Origin: an uncultured bacterium | GTDB lineage: Bacteria > Verrucomicrobiota > Verrucomicrobiia > Limisphaerales > UBA8199 | Assembly: GCA_963749495.1 (NCBI GenBank) | Contig: CAVVMW010000014.1 | Span: 416,001 to 480,000, forward strand | Direction of reading: 5' to 3' | DNA length: 64,000 bases | Part shown: positions 1-10,900 of the stretch, piece after piece | Layout: every line of letters begins with the position of its first letter | Position numbering within the stretch: position 1 is the stretch's first letter | Program-made: the position numbers and the translations under genes | The notes under the pieces: generated by a model | Database searches by the model: none | What the model saw: the letters and a program-made list of their open reading frames with translations, nothing else | What the model was told of the DNA's origin: nothing

Positions 1-600
1 CACCGGGCGCTGCGGCGGCGGGCTTGGTCTATTCGTCTGCGTTTGGCCAACTCGACATCGTTAAAGAGCGGCTGAAAGATGGGGCCGAAATGACGTTGCC
101 TGTTTCGGTGTCATCTATGCAACTTCGTGTGCAAGTCTTCCAGCACGCGTCGGAATTGCCGTGTTTCCGGGGAGGTCATGAGTGAAAGCTCACGCGCCAC
201 CAGCAGATCCGTCTGATCGAGGTCGCGCCCAAACGCACTTTTACCGCCGAGTTTCCTGGAGCGCAAGCTCTCGAATTCACGCCCGCCCGCTGTGCCCATC
301 GCCCCAGCACGTTGGGATGGGAAGCTGCTGCGATGAAACCAGAGAATTATGGAGTGACGACAACGTGGCCTAACTACAGTGTCCAGCGACCTCCCCTGCT
401 CGAACGATGCCTGTATCGAATGGGCGGTAAACGGGCGCAGTGAGAGGCGGCCCTCACGTCCCAAAGAATACCACGTCATATTTTTCACCCACCAGGACCA
501 AGCGGCGGTCTGTCTGCCATTGGAGATATTTTGCTGAAGCGGACACCTGTTCCAATCCAAACCGGACACCCGCAAATCGTTTCCGGTAGGATAACCCGAA

Positions 601-798
601 GTGCAGGATGCCCCCCGCCTCTTCCTCGATGAGTATTTGGCCAAGCTGAAGGCGGAGGGCTATCGTTTCACGGACCTCCGTCCGGTAAAACACTATTATT
701 ACCTGCTCTTCGCATCGCGCAGTGAGAAAGGCCGCGAGTTCTGGTTAAAGTCGTGCCGCATCGCCCCCGATAACCAGCGCGAGTTTGTCGCTCTATAG
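601..798 (+). pseudogene. C-terminal fragment of a three-Cys-motif partner protein (TcmP-like)
   Basis: YYLLFASRSEKGREFW resembles the TcmP C-terminal Y-x-L-x-FAS...G..FW motif. It ends 7 nt before DUF5131, its usual partner. No N-terminal part is visible upstream. Confidence 0.55.
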
Positions 799-805
799 GA
801 ATCCC

Positions 806-1558
806 ATGGCCCAGCAATCTTCCATCGAATGGACTGGAGCGACCTGGAACCCAGTCACCGGGTGCTCCAAGGTCAGCCCCGGCTGCAAGCACTGCTATGC
901 AGAGCGTATGGCCCGACGCCTACAGGCCATCGGCCACCCCCACTACCGCTACGGTTTTAAGGTCGCACTCCATGAGGACGCACTTGACCTGCCCCTTCGC
1001 TGGAAGCGGCCACAGGCCATTTTCGTCAACTCGATGAGCGACCTTTATCACATGGACGTTCCGCTCAGCTTCATCAAAAAGGTCTTCGCCGTCATGCAGC
1101 AGGCCAACTGGCACCGCTACCAGATCCTCACCAAGCGGGCCGAGCGCCTAGCCGAGCTTAGTCGTAAGCTTCTCTGGGGGCCGCATGTCTGGCAGGGTGT
1201 CACCGTAGAGCACCCGGACCACGCGTACCGCATCGACCTGCTCCGCCGGACAGGAGCACAGGTCAAATTCCTCTCCCTTGAGCCACTCTTGGCTCCGATG
1301 CCCAGGCTCAACCTCCGAGGCATCAACTGGGCCATCGTTGGCGGCGAATCCGGCCCCGGTGCTCGCCCTATGCAGGAAGAGTGGGTCTTCGACATCCGCG
1401 AGCGGTGTCGCGAAGCCGGTGTTGCCTTTTACTTCAAGCAGTGGGGCGGCGTGTACAAGGAGCGCAATGGTCGGCTGCTACAAGGCCGAACGTGGGATGA
1501 AATGCCAGGGATCGCACCCGCCGCGCCGAGCCGTCACCTCGACCTCGTGCCCGTCTGA
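806..1558 (+). CDS. DUF5131 (phage Gp37/Gp68 family, three-Cys radical-SAM-like protein)
   Basis: SSIEWTGATWNPVTGCSKVSPGCKHCYAE, FVNSMSDL, QILTKR, FLSLEPLL, GGESGP and FKQWGG family motifs; AGGA before the ATG at 806. Confidence 0.92.
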   Translation: MAQQSSIEWTGATWNPVTGCSKVSPGCKHCYAERMARRLQAIGHPHYRYGFKVALHEDALDLPLRWKRPQAIFVNSMSDLYHMDVPLSFIKKVFAVMQQANWHRYQILTKRAERLAELSRKLLWGPHVWQGVTVEHPDHAYRIDLLRRTGAQVKFLSLEPLLAPMPRLNLRGINWAIVGGESGPGARPMQEEWVFDIRERCREAGVAFYFKQWGGVYKERNGRLLQGRTWDEMPGIAPAAPSRHLDLVPV

Positions 1559-1656
1559 CGCAGATAGCGGAAGAGTCAACCGTACACCCCGTGGGACTCT
1601 GCCGCGCTGACGCCAGGACTTCTGTGTTCCACCGGATTATGGCAATCTTCCCGGCG

Positions 1657-2730
1657 ATGTTTCGCGTCATTTTCCATTTGGATATGGATGCGTTCTACGC
1701 CTCTGTGGAACAAAGGGACAATCCGGCCCTGCGCGGCCAGCCGGTGATCGTTGGTGCGCCTCCGACCCAGCGAGGGGTGGTGTGCGCCTCCAGCTACGAA
1801 GCCCGGAAATTCGGCGTCCGTTCGGCGATGCCCAGCGCCACGGCGGGGCGGCTTTGTCCCAAGGGAATCTTCGTGCGCCCCCGCATGGACCGTTATCGGG
1901 AGGAGTCGCGCCAGATCATGCAGATCGTCGCTGAGACGGGGGCGGTCCTGGAGCAGATGTCCATTGACGAAGCCTACCTCGACCTCTCGGCGCTCTGCCA
2001 GGCCGAGGACGCGGACGCGTCCCTGCTCCGGGCGGTCCCCCTGGCGCGGGGGTTGAAGCGGCGCATTTACTCGGAGCGGCAGTTGACAGCGACCATCGGG
2101 GTCGCCGCCAACAAATTGCTGGCCAAGATCGCCAGCAACCATCAGAAACCCGACGGGCTGACGCTGATTCCCGAGAAGGAGAAGGTGCAGTTCTTGCGTC
2201 GCTTGCCCGTGCGCACCCTCTACGGCGTCGGCCAGGTGACCGAAGGCATCCTCAACCGGGCGGGACTGCACACAGTGGGCGACCTCCAGGACTACGCGGG
2301 CGACCTCCGTGCCCTGGTCGGTTCTTTTGGCCCAACGCTGAGGCAATTCGCCCTGGGCCAGGACGACCGTCCCCTGGAGTTGGGCGACGAGATCAAGAGC
2401 ATCAGCGGCGAGGAGACTTTCTTGAAGGACACGGAAGACCGGAGAGTGCTCCGCTCCTGTCTGCGGGAGCAGGCCGCAGACATCGCCGCCCGGCTCAAGC
2501 ACCGCCGGCTGGGAGCGCATACAGTCCAGGTCAAGGTCCGCTATGGCGACTTTACCACGCTCACGCGCCAGATCACCGTGGAAGACCCGCTGACGGAGGC
2601 CAAGGACATCTACCGGCTGGGGTGCTTCCTGTTGGGCCGGGAAAAGCTGGTGTCACGTCCGCTCCGGTTGCTCGGTCTTGGGGTCTCCAGCCTGCGTGAA
2701 CCCAGTGGCCAGCAATTGGTGCTGCTTTGA
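1657..2730 (+). CDS. dinB: DNA polymerase IV (Y-family)
   Basis: HLDMDAFYASVEQRD, SYEARKFGVRSAMP, SIDEAYLD, NKLLAKIAS..KPDG; C-terminal clamp-binding-like QQLVLL. Confidence 0.95.
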   Translation: MFRVIFHLDMDAFYASVEQRDNPALRGQPVIVGAPPTQRGVVCASSYEARKFGVRSAMPSATAGRLCPKGIFVRPRMDRYREESRQIMQIVAETGAVLEQMSIDEAYLDLSALCQAEDADASLLRAVPLARGLKRRIYSERQLTATIGVAANKLLAKIASNHQKPDGLTLIPEKEKVQFLRRLPVRTLYGVGQVTEGILNRAGLHTVGDLQDYAGDLRALVGSFGPTLRQFALGQDDRPLELGDEIKSISGEETFLKDTEDRRVLRSCLREQAADIAARLKHRRLGAHTVQVKVRYGDFTTLTRQITVEDPLTEAKDIYRLGCFLLGREKLVSRPLRLLGLGVSSLREPSGQQLVLL

Positions 2731-2771
2731 CGCCTACTTGAATTTGCACAGTTCGGGGGTACACATTCACG

Positions 2772-3026
2772 ATGCGACACAACCTCTTTCCAATCCTTGC
2801 CATTATGGCGACTTTGAGTGCAAAAGGCGAAATCATCTCCCAACCGGTCGAATACAAACAAGGCGACACCGTCTTGGAGGGTTTTTCAGTTTACGACAAC
2901 GCAATCCAGGGCAAGCCGCAGCGCGGGCACCTGGGCCTGGCCGGAGCGGTGGCAGACGGCGATGGCCGCGTCGGCGTCGGTGCCGGGATTGCAGACGGAG
3001 CCGAAGCCTGCCTCAGCGCCGACTGA
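2772..3026 (+). pseudogene. N-terminal fragment of a secreted dienelactone-hydrolase-family protein
   Basis: Signal peptide followed by VEYKQGDTVLEGFSVYDNAIQGK; similarity breaks off at about 2915 into unrelated sequence. Confidence 0.5.
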
Positions 3027-3097
3027 AACTGGCGCAGCATCTCCGCCATATTTCCAAAAGCCGCCCTTTTGGGACAAGCTCTATTTAGTTACGCCGC

Positions 3098-3970
3098 CTA
3101 ATTCGGCCGCCTGGCGGGCGCCTGCCAATCGTAGTGCCAGCTCTGATTCCACAAATGCTCCAGGCGCACGAACTCAGAGTGTCCGTCGGCCATCCCCATT
3201 TCGATGGCGCCCGGCATGGCCTCTCCCGGGGCGGTGTGGCGCGGCGCGCGGGCGGGGCTGGAGACATGGTGCCGGGCAATCGTGCAGCGGCCGATGTTAT
3301 ACACACCCGGGCCTCCGACGAAGTTCTCGCCATTGTAGAGGTCGCGCGCCGGCGGGTCTGTTTCGAGCGGCCAGGTATCCACCCAATTCTCGTCGAAAAA
3401 CACCGGAGTCTGCGCGGGTTTCTGGATGCTCCCTTGATTGGAAAAGAAGAACTGGGGCATCGGGTGCCGTGCGCCGCTAAACAAGACGACCTCGGAGTAC
3501 AGCCATCCGTTAAACCCGTAACTGCCATAAAACATCGTCTTGCCATTGCTGGTCCATCGCACCCAGGCCGCATCGGCGCTTCCCTGCCGGTTTCCCGCTG
3601 CCGGCGCGGGAAGGCGCAAAGGAGCCAGAGGACACACCCGCAAATTCTTGTCTTTGGCGTAATCGATGAGCGTTCCCATCCAATTGCCATCCGGGAAAGC
3701 CGGGGCGTTGTAGACCGGCTGCTTCTCATGGTCGCTCACGTAGATGGAGGTGGCCATTGTCAATTGCCGGGTATTGTTGAGGCATTGAATTTCCCTGGCT
3801 TTGAGCCGGGCGCGCCCGAGCACCGGCAGCAGCAGCGCCGCCAGGATGGCAATGATCGCAATGACCACCAGCAGTTCCATCAAGGTGAACGCCCGCTTGC
3901 CGTTGGGCAGGAGTGAAGGCCATCTATGGCGGGCAGGTAGGAACAGTGGTTCCTCTGATGGTGGCCTCAT
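3098..3970 (-). CDS. Prepilin-type N-terminal cleavage/methylation domain protein (H-X9-DG-like C-terminus)
   Basis: [40 protein letters not shown], and C-terminal ARH...GMADGH. Confidence 0.88.
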   Translation of the reverse strand: MRPPSEEPLFLPARHRWPSLLPNGKRAFTLMELLVVIAIIAILAALLLPVLGRARLKAREIQCLNNTRQLTMATSIYVSDHEKQPVYNAPAFPDGNWMGTLIDYAKDKNLRVCPLAPLRLPAPAAGNRQGSADAAWVRWTSNGKTMFYGSYGFNGWLYSEVVLFSGARHPMPQFFFSNQGSIQKPAQTPVFFDENWVDTWPLETDPPARDLYNGENFVGGPGVYNIGRCTIARHHVSSPARAPRHTAPGEAMPGAIEMGMADGHSEFVRLEHLWNQSWHYDWQAPARRPN

Positions 3971-4390
3971 ACGCGAATCGTATCACGGCGCCTTCGCGTG
4001 TCAATGCCCGGGTAGCCCTTGGCCGGACCAGGGCCGCACGAAGCACGCCTTGGCTTTTTTAGCGATGATTACACAACGACCCGTCCGTATAGTGAACGAC
4101 GCCGCTCCCGCCTGCAAGCCGTATGCGGCCGTAGCTGGCTCGGGTTTCACCTCGACCAGTTCGGTGATGGGTTCGCCGTGGTCTCGGAGTCCGAGGCGGA
4201 GACCCCGGAAACGCTGCTGGCCGTTTGCCTCGTCGCAATGCGGCACCTCATCGACAGGGACGTGGCGACGAAGGCGGGCATATCCAGAGGTGGATTTGGG
4301 GACGTTTTCGGTTGCTATCCTCCCGCAATACAAGAGGCGGCCGAGGACCATCGTTACGTGCCGCTGGGGGAAAACGGCGATCACGGCCTG

Positions 4391-4534
4391 ATTTGGCTCG
4401 GCCAAAACAAGTGGGGGCTCGAGAACGTGGCCAACCTGGGCCTGCTCCCGCCCAAGGGCGCAATCATAGTAGTTGGCAGTCCCAAGATTGCAGGCTGTAC
4501 CGGTGGGCCCAGCCGCGTGCTCGCGCTCCTGTGA
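4391..4534 (+). pseudogene. C-terminal fragment of a cyclase (kynurenine formamidase) family protein
   Basis: WGLENVANLGLLPPKGAIIVVGSPKIAGCTGGPSRVLALL is the cyclase-family C-terminus; the upstream part of ORF 4019..4534 lacks the HxGTHxD motif. Confidence 0.6.
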
Positions 4535-4598
4535 CCCATCCACAGGGAGTTGGGCCCGTCAAAACGCCGGCAGCGCAAGTGTAGAGCAGCCCCTTTTC

Positions 4599-4630
4599 GT
4601 CTCAAAACTGTCTCAAGATTGTCTCAAAAC
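4599..4630. promoter_or_regulatory. Three direct repeats with 11-bp period (candidate response-regulator site)
   Basis: GTCTCAA at 4599, 4610 and 4621, immediately before a TTGCCT -35-like hexamer upstream of the giant CotH gene. Confidence 0.45.
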
Positions 4631-4926
4631 AAGCTTGCCTTTTCCTGCGCCTGGTTCAGGATTCTGACCCAGCACCGGTGTTGCCCTAAGAGTTGTCAGA
4701 TCTTGAACGCCAGCGAGTTACACAATATGGAGGCCTTCTCTCCGGATGGGTGCGAACCGGGACAAATGCGGCACAAGAAATGCTCGACTTTGCAAGGTTT
4801 ATGGGCTTTGCAGGCCAGAGGAACCAGTCGTGGTCCACACCTCTTGCTCCCATCCTGGTGCGCTTCCGTTCCGCCTTGATGGTGGAGATCCGCTCGTTTC
4901 CATGTATGTGTAAGACTTTCCCCCTC

Positions 4927-7900
4927 ATGCGCAGGCTCCGCCCGCACGGAGTCGCTCAAGTTGATGTAACGCGATTCCTGTGGCAAGGGCCGGGCCTCCC
5001 GTCCCGTGTGCTGTTGGGCGCGATTCTTTGGCTGGTTTGCGCGCCCGGCAGCCACATCGCTGCCGCCGCCCTCCCTTCAGGGTGGGTCAACACCGATATC
5101 GGCAGCCCGGGCATAGCGGGATCAGGCTCTTATTCCGCCCCGACGTGGACCGTCTCAGGGGGTGGCTCGGACATCTGGAACAGCGCCGACCAGTTCAATT
5201 TCCTGTACCAGAATACCACCAACAACGGAATCGTGGCACAGGTGAACACCATCCAGAACACCGATCCCTGGGCCAAAGCGGGCGTGATGATGCGGGACAG
5301 CACGAGCGCGGGGGCGATGTTCGCCAACGTGGTGATTACCCCCGCCAACGGGGTGAACTTCCAATGGCGCAACAGCACGGGGGGGCAATGCGGCTATTCC
5401 CAGGTCACGGCTCAGTTCGTTCCTATTTGGGTCAAGCTGGTGAATGCGAGCGGCGTCTTCAGCGCCTACTACAGCGGCGACGGGGTATCGTGGACGCTCA
5501 TTGGCCCACCTCAAACCATCACCATGATCAGCTCGTCGCCCCTGGTCGGGCTGTGCGTCACCGCCCACAACGACTCGAGCTTGAACACCGCGACCTTCGC
5601 CAACGTCAGCCTCTCCTACCAGGCCCCGCCGCCCCCACCCACGTTCGGCGTCTATCGGCAACTCTGGAGCAATCTGAGCTCCGCCGTGGGCAACACCCTC
5701 GATGCCTTGACCAACACGGCGAACAACCCGAATTGGCCCAATAATCCCGACCCGGCCTTCACCAGGGTTTACACCAATTTCGAGACCGACGTGAACACGG
5801 GGATGAACTACTATGGGCAGCGGTTGCGCGCCTTTGTGGTTCCACCGACCAACGGCAATTATGTCTTTTGGATCTCCAGTGACGACACGTCCGAGCTGTT
5901 CGTGAGCACAGACGAAACCCCCCTCAATAAAGTCGCCAATTGCTGGGTCACTACTTGGACCGACTCACGCAATTGGACCAAAGAGCCGAACCAGCAAGGG
6001 CTCCCCGTGAACCTGCAAGCGGGCCGGCGTTACTACGTGGAAGCGATCATGCAGCAAGGGAACGGCGGGGACAACCTGGCCGTGCGCTGGCAACTGCCCA
6101 ACGGGACTTTCGAAGAACCTTTGCCTGCCTCCAGCGTGGCCGGCACTCACATGGTCCCCTTCACTGGAGTCGATAGCCAGCCGGGCATTTATCAGCAAAC
6201 GACTAATGTGACTGTCGTCGAGGGACTCAACGCGCTCTTTTCGGTCCTGTGTACCAATCAGTCCTCGGTCAACTACCGGTGGTCCCTCAACGGGGCCGCT
6301 CTGAGCGGCTCCAGCGCCCAACAGCCCGCCTACTGGGTGAGCAACGCGACCCTGGCGGCGAGCGGACAAGTCTATCGCTGCACGCTCTCCAACTCCATCG
6401 GCATGCTCACCAGCGCCACGATGACGCTCACGGTCCTCCGCGACACGGTCCCACCCACCGTGCTTCGGGCCCTGAACGTCGGCACTAACGCCGTGCAGGT
6501 GGTCTATTCCAAGGCCGTCGAGCCGGCCAGCGCCGCCAATGCCGCCAATTACGTCTTTGCCAATGGCCTGAGCATCTCCGCCGCTTCCCTGGCGGCTGAC
6601 GCCGTTACCGTGACCCTCGTCACGGCGCCCCTGGTTTATGGGAGCAATTATACCCTGGTGATCAACGGAGTTCGGGACCGGGCCTCCATACCAAACACGA
6701 TCGCCCCCAACACGACCATCACCTTTATGGCCCTGCCCTATGCCTGCCAGGACATCGGCAGCCCGCCAATCCCCGCAGCAATCACTTTTGTCAGCAACAA
6801 CATCGCCGTGACCGCGTCCGGCAGTGATATTGGCGGCCTGAGCGACCAGTTCAACCTGAATTACCAGCCGCGCACAGGCGATTTCGACATCGCTCTGTGC
6901 CTCGCGGGACTTTCCGGAGCCGATGTCTGGACCAAGGCGGGCTTGATGGCGCGCGAGACGTTGGACCCAGGCAGCCGGTTCGCCGCCAGTTTGGCCACGC
7001 CCACCATGGCCGGCTCGTTCTTCGAATGGCGTGACCCCGCCAACAGCCAGGCGAACCTGGCCGGGTCTTTCCCCCCTGATTTTCCAAATGCCTGGCTCCG
7101 CCTCCAGCGGTCCGGCAATACCTTCACCGGCTTTGCCAGTTATGATGGACTGGTCTGGATCAAGCTTGGCAGTGCCGTCCTGACGTTCCCTTCGCAGATC
7201 TACGTCGGTTTGGCTGTCTGCAGCCACAACCCAAACCAGGCGGCCACCGCTCAGTTCATTGACCTCTCCAATGTCACCAACGCGGTCGCAGGACAGGTGC
7301 CCAGTCCGCACGAGCCACTGGGCCCTGCAGCCGGCTGACTCCCATCGTCATTTCGGAGATCATGTACAAGCCCGCCCCGCGCGCCGACACCAACAACCTC
7401 GAGTATATCGAGCTCTACAATTCCAATCCCTACTTCGAGGACATCAGCGGTTTCCAGCTCGTCGCTGACGAGTTGGCCTACACCTTCCCGCCCGGGACGA
7501 TCCTGGGGGGCGGCGGCTTCCTGGTGGCCGCGGCCTCGCCGGGCAGTATGGCCAATGTCTATGGGATTACGAACGTGGTCGGCCCCTACGCCGGCAGCCT
7601 TAAGAAGGCAGGCACCATTAACCTGCTGGATGACCAGGGGGCTGTCCTGCTGACCGTCCCCTATTCCAACGACTATCCCTGGCCCGTGGCGGCGCACGGC
7701 ACCGGGCACTCGATTGTGTTGGCCAACCCCACGTACGGTGAAGCGGATCCCCGTGCCTGGGACATCAGTGACATCGCCGGCGGCTCACCCGGAGGGCCGG
7801 AGGCCTATCGCCCCAACCCCTTGCGCAACGTCGTCATCAACGAGTTGCTCGCCCACTCCGAAAACCCCGCCGTGTTGCAATTTGTCGAGCTGTACAACCA

Positions 7901-10900
7901 CAGCGGCCAGACCAACGACTTGTCCGGCTGCATCCTGACGGACGACCCCAGCACCAATAAGTTCGTCATCCCGGCCGGCACTTTGATCGGGCCGGGCGGC
8001 TTTGTCTCGTTCAGCCAGCCTCAACTGGGCTTCGCCCTGGACGGGGCGGGCGAGAAACTCTATTTCATCAAGCCGGATGGCAGCCGGGTGCTGGACGCCG
8101 TCCAGTTCGAGGCGCAGGCCGACGGCGTCTCCTGGGGCCGTTGGCCGGATGGGGCCGCTGATTTCTATCCCCTGGCCGCCCGCACCCCTGGCACAAACAA
8201 CAGCGGCATTTGGATCGGCGACATCGTGATCAACGAGTTGATGTACGACCCCATCAGCGGCAACGACGATGATCAATACATCGAACTGTATAACAAAGGA
8301 ACTAACACGCTGAGTCTCGGCAACTGGCAGTTTACCGCCGGCGTTTCTTTCACGTTTCCTGCCAATATCAGCCTGGGGCCAAGCGGCTACCTCGTGGTGG
8401 CCCGGAACCAAACGAACCTGTTTGCGAAATACTCCAACTTGACCCCCGCCAACACCGTGGGCAACTATGGCGGCAAGCTTTCGCACAAAGGCACACGGCT
8501 GGCGCTGGCGATGCCCCAGACCCTGACCACCACCGGCGCCGGGGGACCGACGACCAACACGATCTATGTCGTCCAGGATGAGGTCACCTATGGGGTTGGC
8601 GGGCGGTGGGGGCAATGGACCAAGGGCGGCGGCAGCAGCCTCGAGTTGATCAACCCGAACACCAACCATCGCCTGGCTTATAACTGGGCCGACAGCGACG
8701 AAACCTCGAAGTCGGTTTGGACAAACCTCGAGTTCACCGGCATCCTGGATAATGGATCCACCTACAATGGCAGTTCCATCAGCCTCGTCCAGGTTGGCTT
8801 GCTTGACGTTGGCGAATGCCTGGTGGATAACCTCGAAGCGCGGCCGGGAGGCACCGGCGGGGCCAATATCGTCTCCAACGGTGATTTTCAATCCGGCCTG
8901 ACGGGTTGGACCCCCCAGGGGGATCACCTCCGTTCGAGTCTCGAGACGGCCACGGGCCTGGGCGGCTACCAGAGCAGCCAATCCTTGCACCTGCGTTCCA
9001 GCGACAGCATGTGGACCCTGGCCGACTACGTCCAAGGCTCGCTCACCCAGACTACCCTCGCTTCGGGCCAAACGGCTACGTTGCGCTTGAAGGCTCGCTG
9101 GCTCCACGGCTGGCCTGAGGTCTTGATGCGGCTCAACGGGAACTTCATCGAGGTCACTGGGGCAATGCCTGTGCCTCCCAACCTGGGCACCCCGGGCCTG
9201 CCCAACAGCCGTTATGCAGCCCAGCCGGGGCCGGCCATTTTCGAGGTGAAACACACCCCCAGCCTCCCAGCCGCCAACCTGCCGGTCGTCGTCACCGCCC
9301 GCTTTCACGACGTGAACCCGTTCCAGGCGGCCCTGCTCTATCGCCTGGATAGCGGGCCGAACCCGGCCCCGACTTATACCTCGGTGCCCATGACCGACGA
9401 TGGCACAGGGGGTGATGCCCTGGCAGGGGACGGCGTTTACAGCGCGACCATCCCGCCGCAGCCGTCAGGCACCGTGGTGGCGTTCCTGGTCCAGGCGCGC
9501 GATGCCTCGGGAACCACAACGATCTTGCCGGCGGACCTAAAGGACAACGCCGGGATGCCGCGCGAGTGCGTGGTGGCCTTTGGCGATCCGATCCCGACGG
9601 GCAGTTTCAGCCATCACCATGTTTTCATTACGCAGAACTGGGCTCAGCGCTGGGCGACATGGGGTGGAGTATCCCATGAAAGCTATGACGGCACCTGGGT
9701 GGATGGGGGCGGGCGCATTGTCTATGATTGGAAGGGGCGCTATGCCGGCAGCCCCTACCATCAATACCTGGGAAACCCGGTCAGCACTGTCGGGGGGATG
9801 CACTGGTACATGCCCGAGGATGACCAGGTCTTCGGGACCGCCTCGTTCGACAAACAGCATGTGCCGGGCAATGGAGCGTTGGATGACGACACGCTCCAGC
9901 GCGAGCAGGCCTCCTTCTGGATGGCCCACAAGATTGGGTTGCCCAGACAAAACCGCCGCTTTTACGTCTATTATGTGAACGGCAACCGGCACGGGCCCTT
10001 GATGGAAGACGCCCAGGTGCCCGGCGCCGAGATGATCAAGGAGTACTGGCCCAATGACAACAACGGCTGGCTCTATAAGAACCATGCCTGGTTCGAAGGC
10101 GACGTGGCGTTGCAGTCCGACGGCTATATGAATTTCAACATGCCTTCCTGGTGTACGCTGGGCGCCTACACAACCACTATCAACGGCGTTCCCAACCAAT
10201 ACAAATTGGCTCGCTACCGCTGGATGTATGTGGCGAAGCAGTATCCGGCCTCCGCCAACGATTACCGGGAGGTCTTCGCGCTCATCGATGCGGCCAACAC
10301 CGCCACGACCGACCCGGCGTACTATACTAGAATGGAAGCCCAGGTGGATACCGAGGAGTGGCTGCGCATGTCAGCCATGGAACATGCCACCGGGGACTGG
10401 GATTCCTTTTTCACCCAAAACCAGTGGAACATGTACTGTTACCGGCCCACCTTGGGCAAATGGACCGCCTTGAAATGGGACTGGAACATCACTCTGGGCA
10501 GCGGCACTGCGACCTGGCCGCCCGATGGCAGCCAACTTTTCAACGTTGGCGCCAACGATCCGGTGATGGGTGCCTTCCAGAACTATGTGCCTTACCGCCG
10601 TGCCTACCTGCGGGCCTTGCAGGACATCGCCAATCTCGCGATGAACGGCCCCATCGTGAATCCCGTCCTCGACGCCAAGTACGCGTCGTTCGTAGCCAAT
10701 GGGCTGACTGAAAACTCCGCCTATGGTCTGCTCGTCCAGAATCCCGCCAAGCCCGGAGGATTGGAAGACTGGATTGCCACCATGCACAACTCCCTCCTCG
10801 TGGCCTTGACGAACCAGGGTGTCAGCAGCGTCCGCTTTGCGGTCAACTCCACCGTAATCAGCAACGACATGGCCATCGTCACGGGAACAGCACCCGTGGC

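Noticed and set aside
3..185. Ankyrin-like fragment (LVYSSAFGQLDIVKERLKDGA) at the window edge
   Set aside because: Single short motif on a partial frame; not enough to call.
1625..1638. Verrucomicrobial LexA box (TGTTC-N4-GAACA) before dinB
   Set aside because: Only the left half matches (TGTTC-CACC-GGATT).
4001..4390. DGQHR/DUF262-like motif NGQQRFRGL on the minus strand
   Set aside because: Lacks the Asp and the preceding hydrophobic strand; no other family motifs seen.
7320..7340. Programmed ribosomal frameshift in the giant gene
   Set aside because: No slippery heptamer; the break matches the one-base homopolymer errors seen across the window.
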